The position numbers were made by a program, and so were the translations under genes. Source: Octopus sinensis (Eukaryota). Taken from it: a stretch of 5,793 bases of DNA. Location: contig NW_021829945.1 in assembly GCF_006345805.1 (NCBI RefSeq), forward strand, positions 1 through 5,793, written 5' to 3'. The notes under the pieces were generated by a model, which searched no databases, was not told where the DNA came from, and was given only the letters and a program-made list of their open reading frames with translations. How positions within the stretch are numbered: position 1 is the first letter of the stretch; the number at the start of each line of letters is the position of its first letter. This document shows, piece after piece, positions 5,685-5,793 of the stretch.

Positions 5685-5793
5685 TTTTTTCTTCTTCTTC
5701 TTCTTCTTCTTACTTCTTCTTCTTCTGCTTCTTCTTCTTCTTCATTCTTCTTCTTCTTCTTCTTCTTCTTCGTCTTCTTCTTCTTCTTCTTCT
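5685..5793. repeat. (CTT)n microsatellite running off the window end
   Basis: Imperfect TCT/CTT trinucleotide run. Confidence 0.97.

Noticed and set aside
1-5793. CRISPR array or prokaryotic system
   Set aside because: No regularly spaced direct repeats with unique spacers; composition and repeat content are those of an animal nuclear genome.

Overview
AT-rich, microsatellite-dense animal genomic DNA with no intact host gene detected. The repeat types look like those I recall from Octopus (cephalopod) genomes; this is inference, not a database result. The main element is a 1784-bp decayed Chapaev3-type (CMC superfamily) DNA transposon at 2046-3829. It has 13-bp imperfect CAC...GTG TIRs, a TAA target-site duplication and a transposase pseudogene with two stops, one frameshift, the probable catalytic Glu changed to Gly, and no recognisable N-terminal region. 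It is inserted into the left arm of an older palindrome (about 2001-4203, arms about 190-200 bp) made of a truncated tRNA-derived SINE plus AT-rich flank, so the right arm preserves the empty insertion site. Also present: a 159-bp fully palindromic MITE-like element (1747-1905), a second tRNA-head SINE (about 4445-4680, minus strand), a 418-bp element with 30-bp TIRs flanked by AAATTT on both sides (4763-5180), and many simple repeats. Evidence points to nested transposon structures rather than a new gene system. The most speculative lead is an RSS-like (12/23) asymmetry of the transposon ends.
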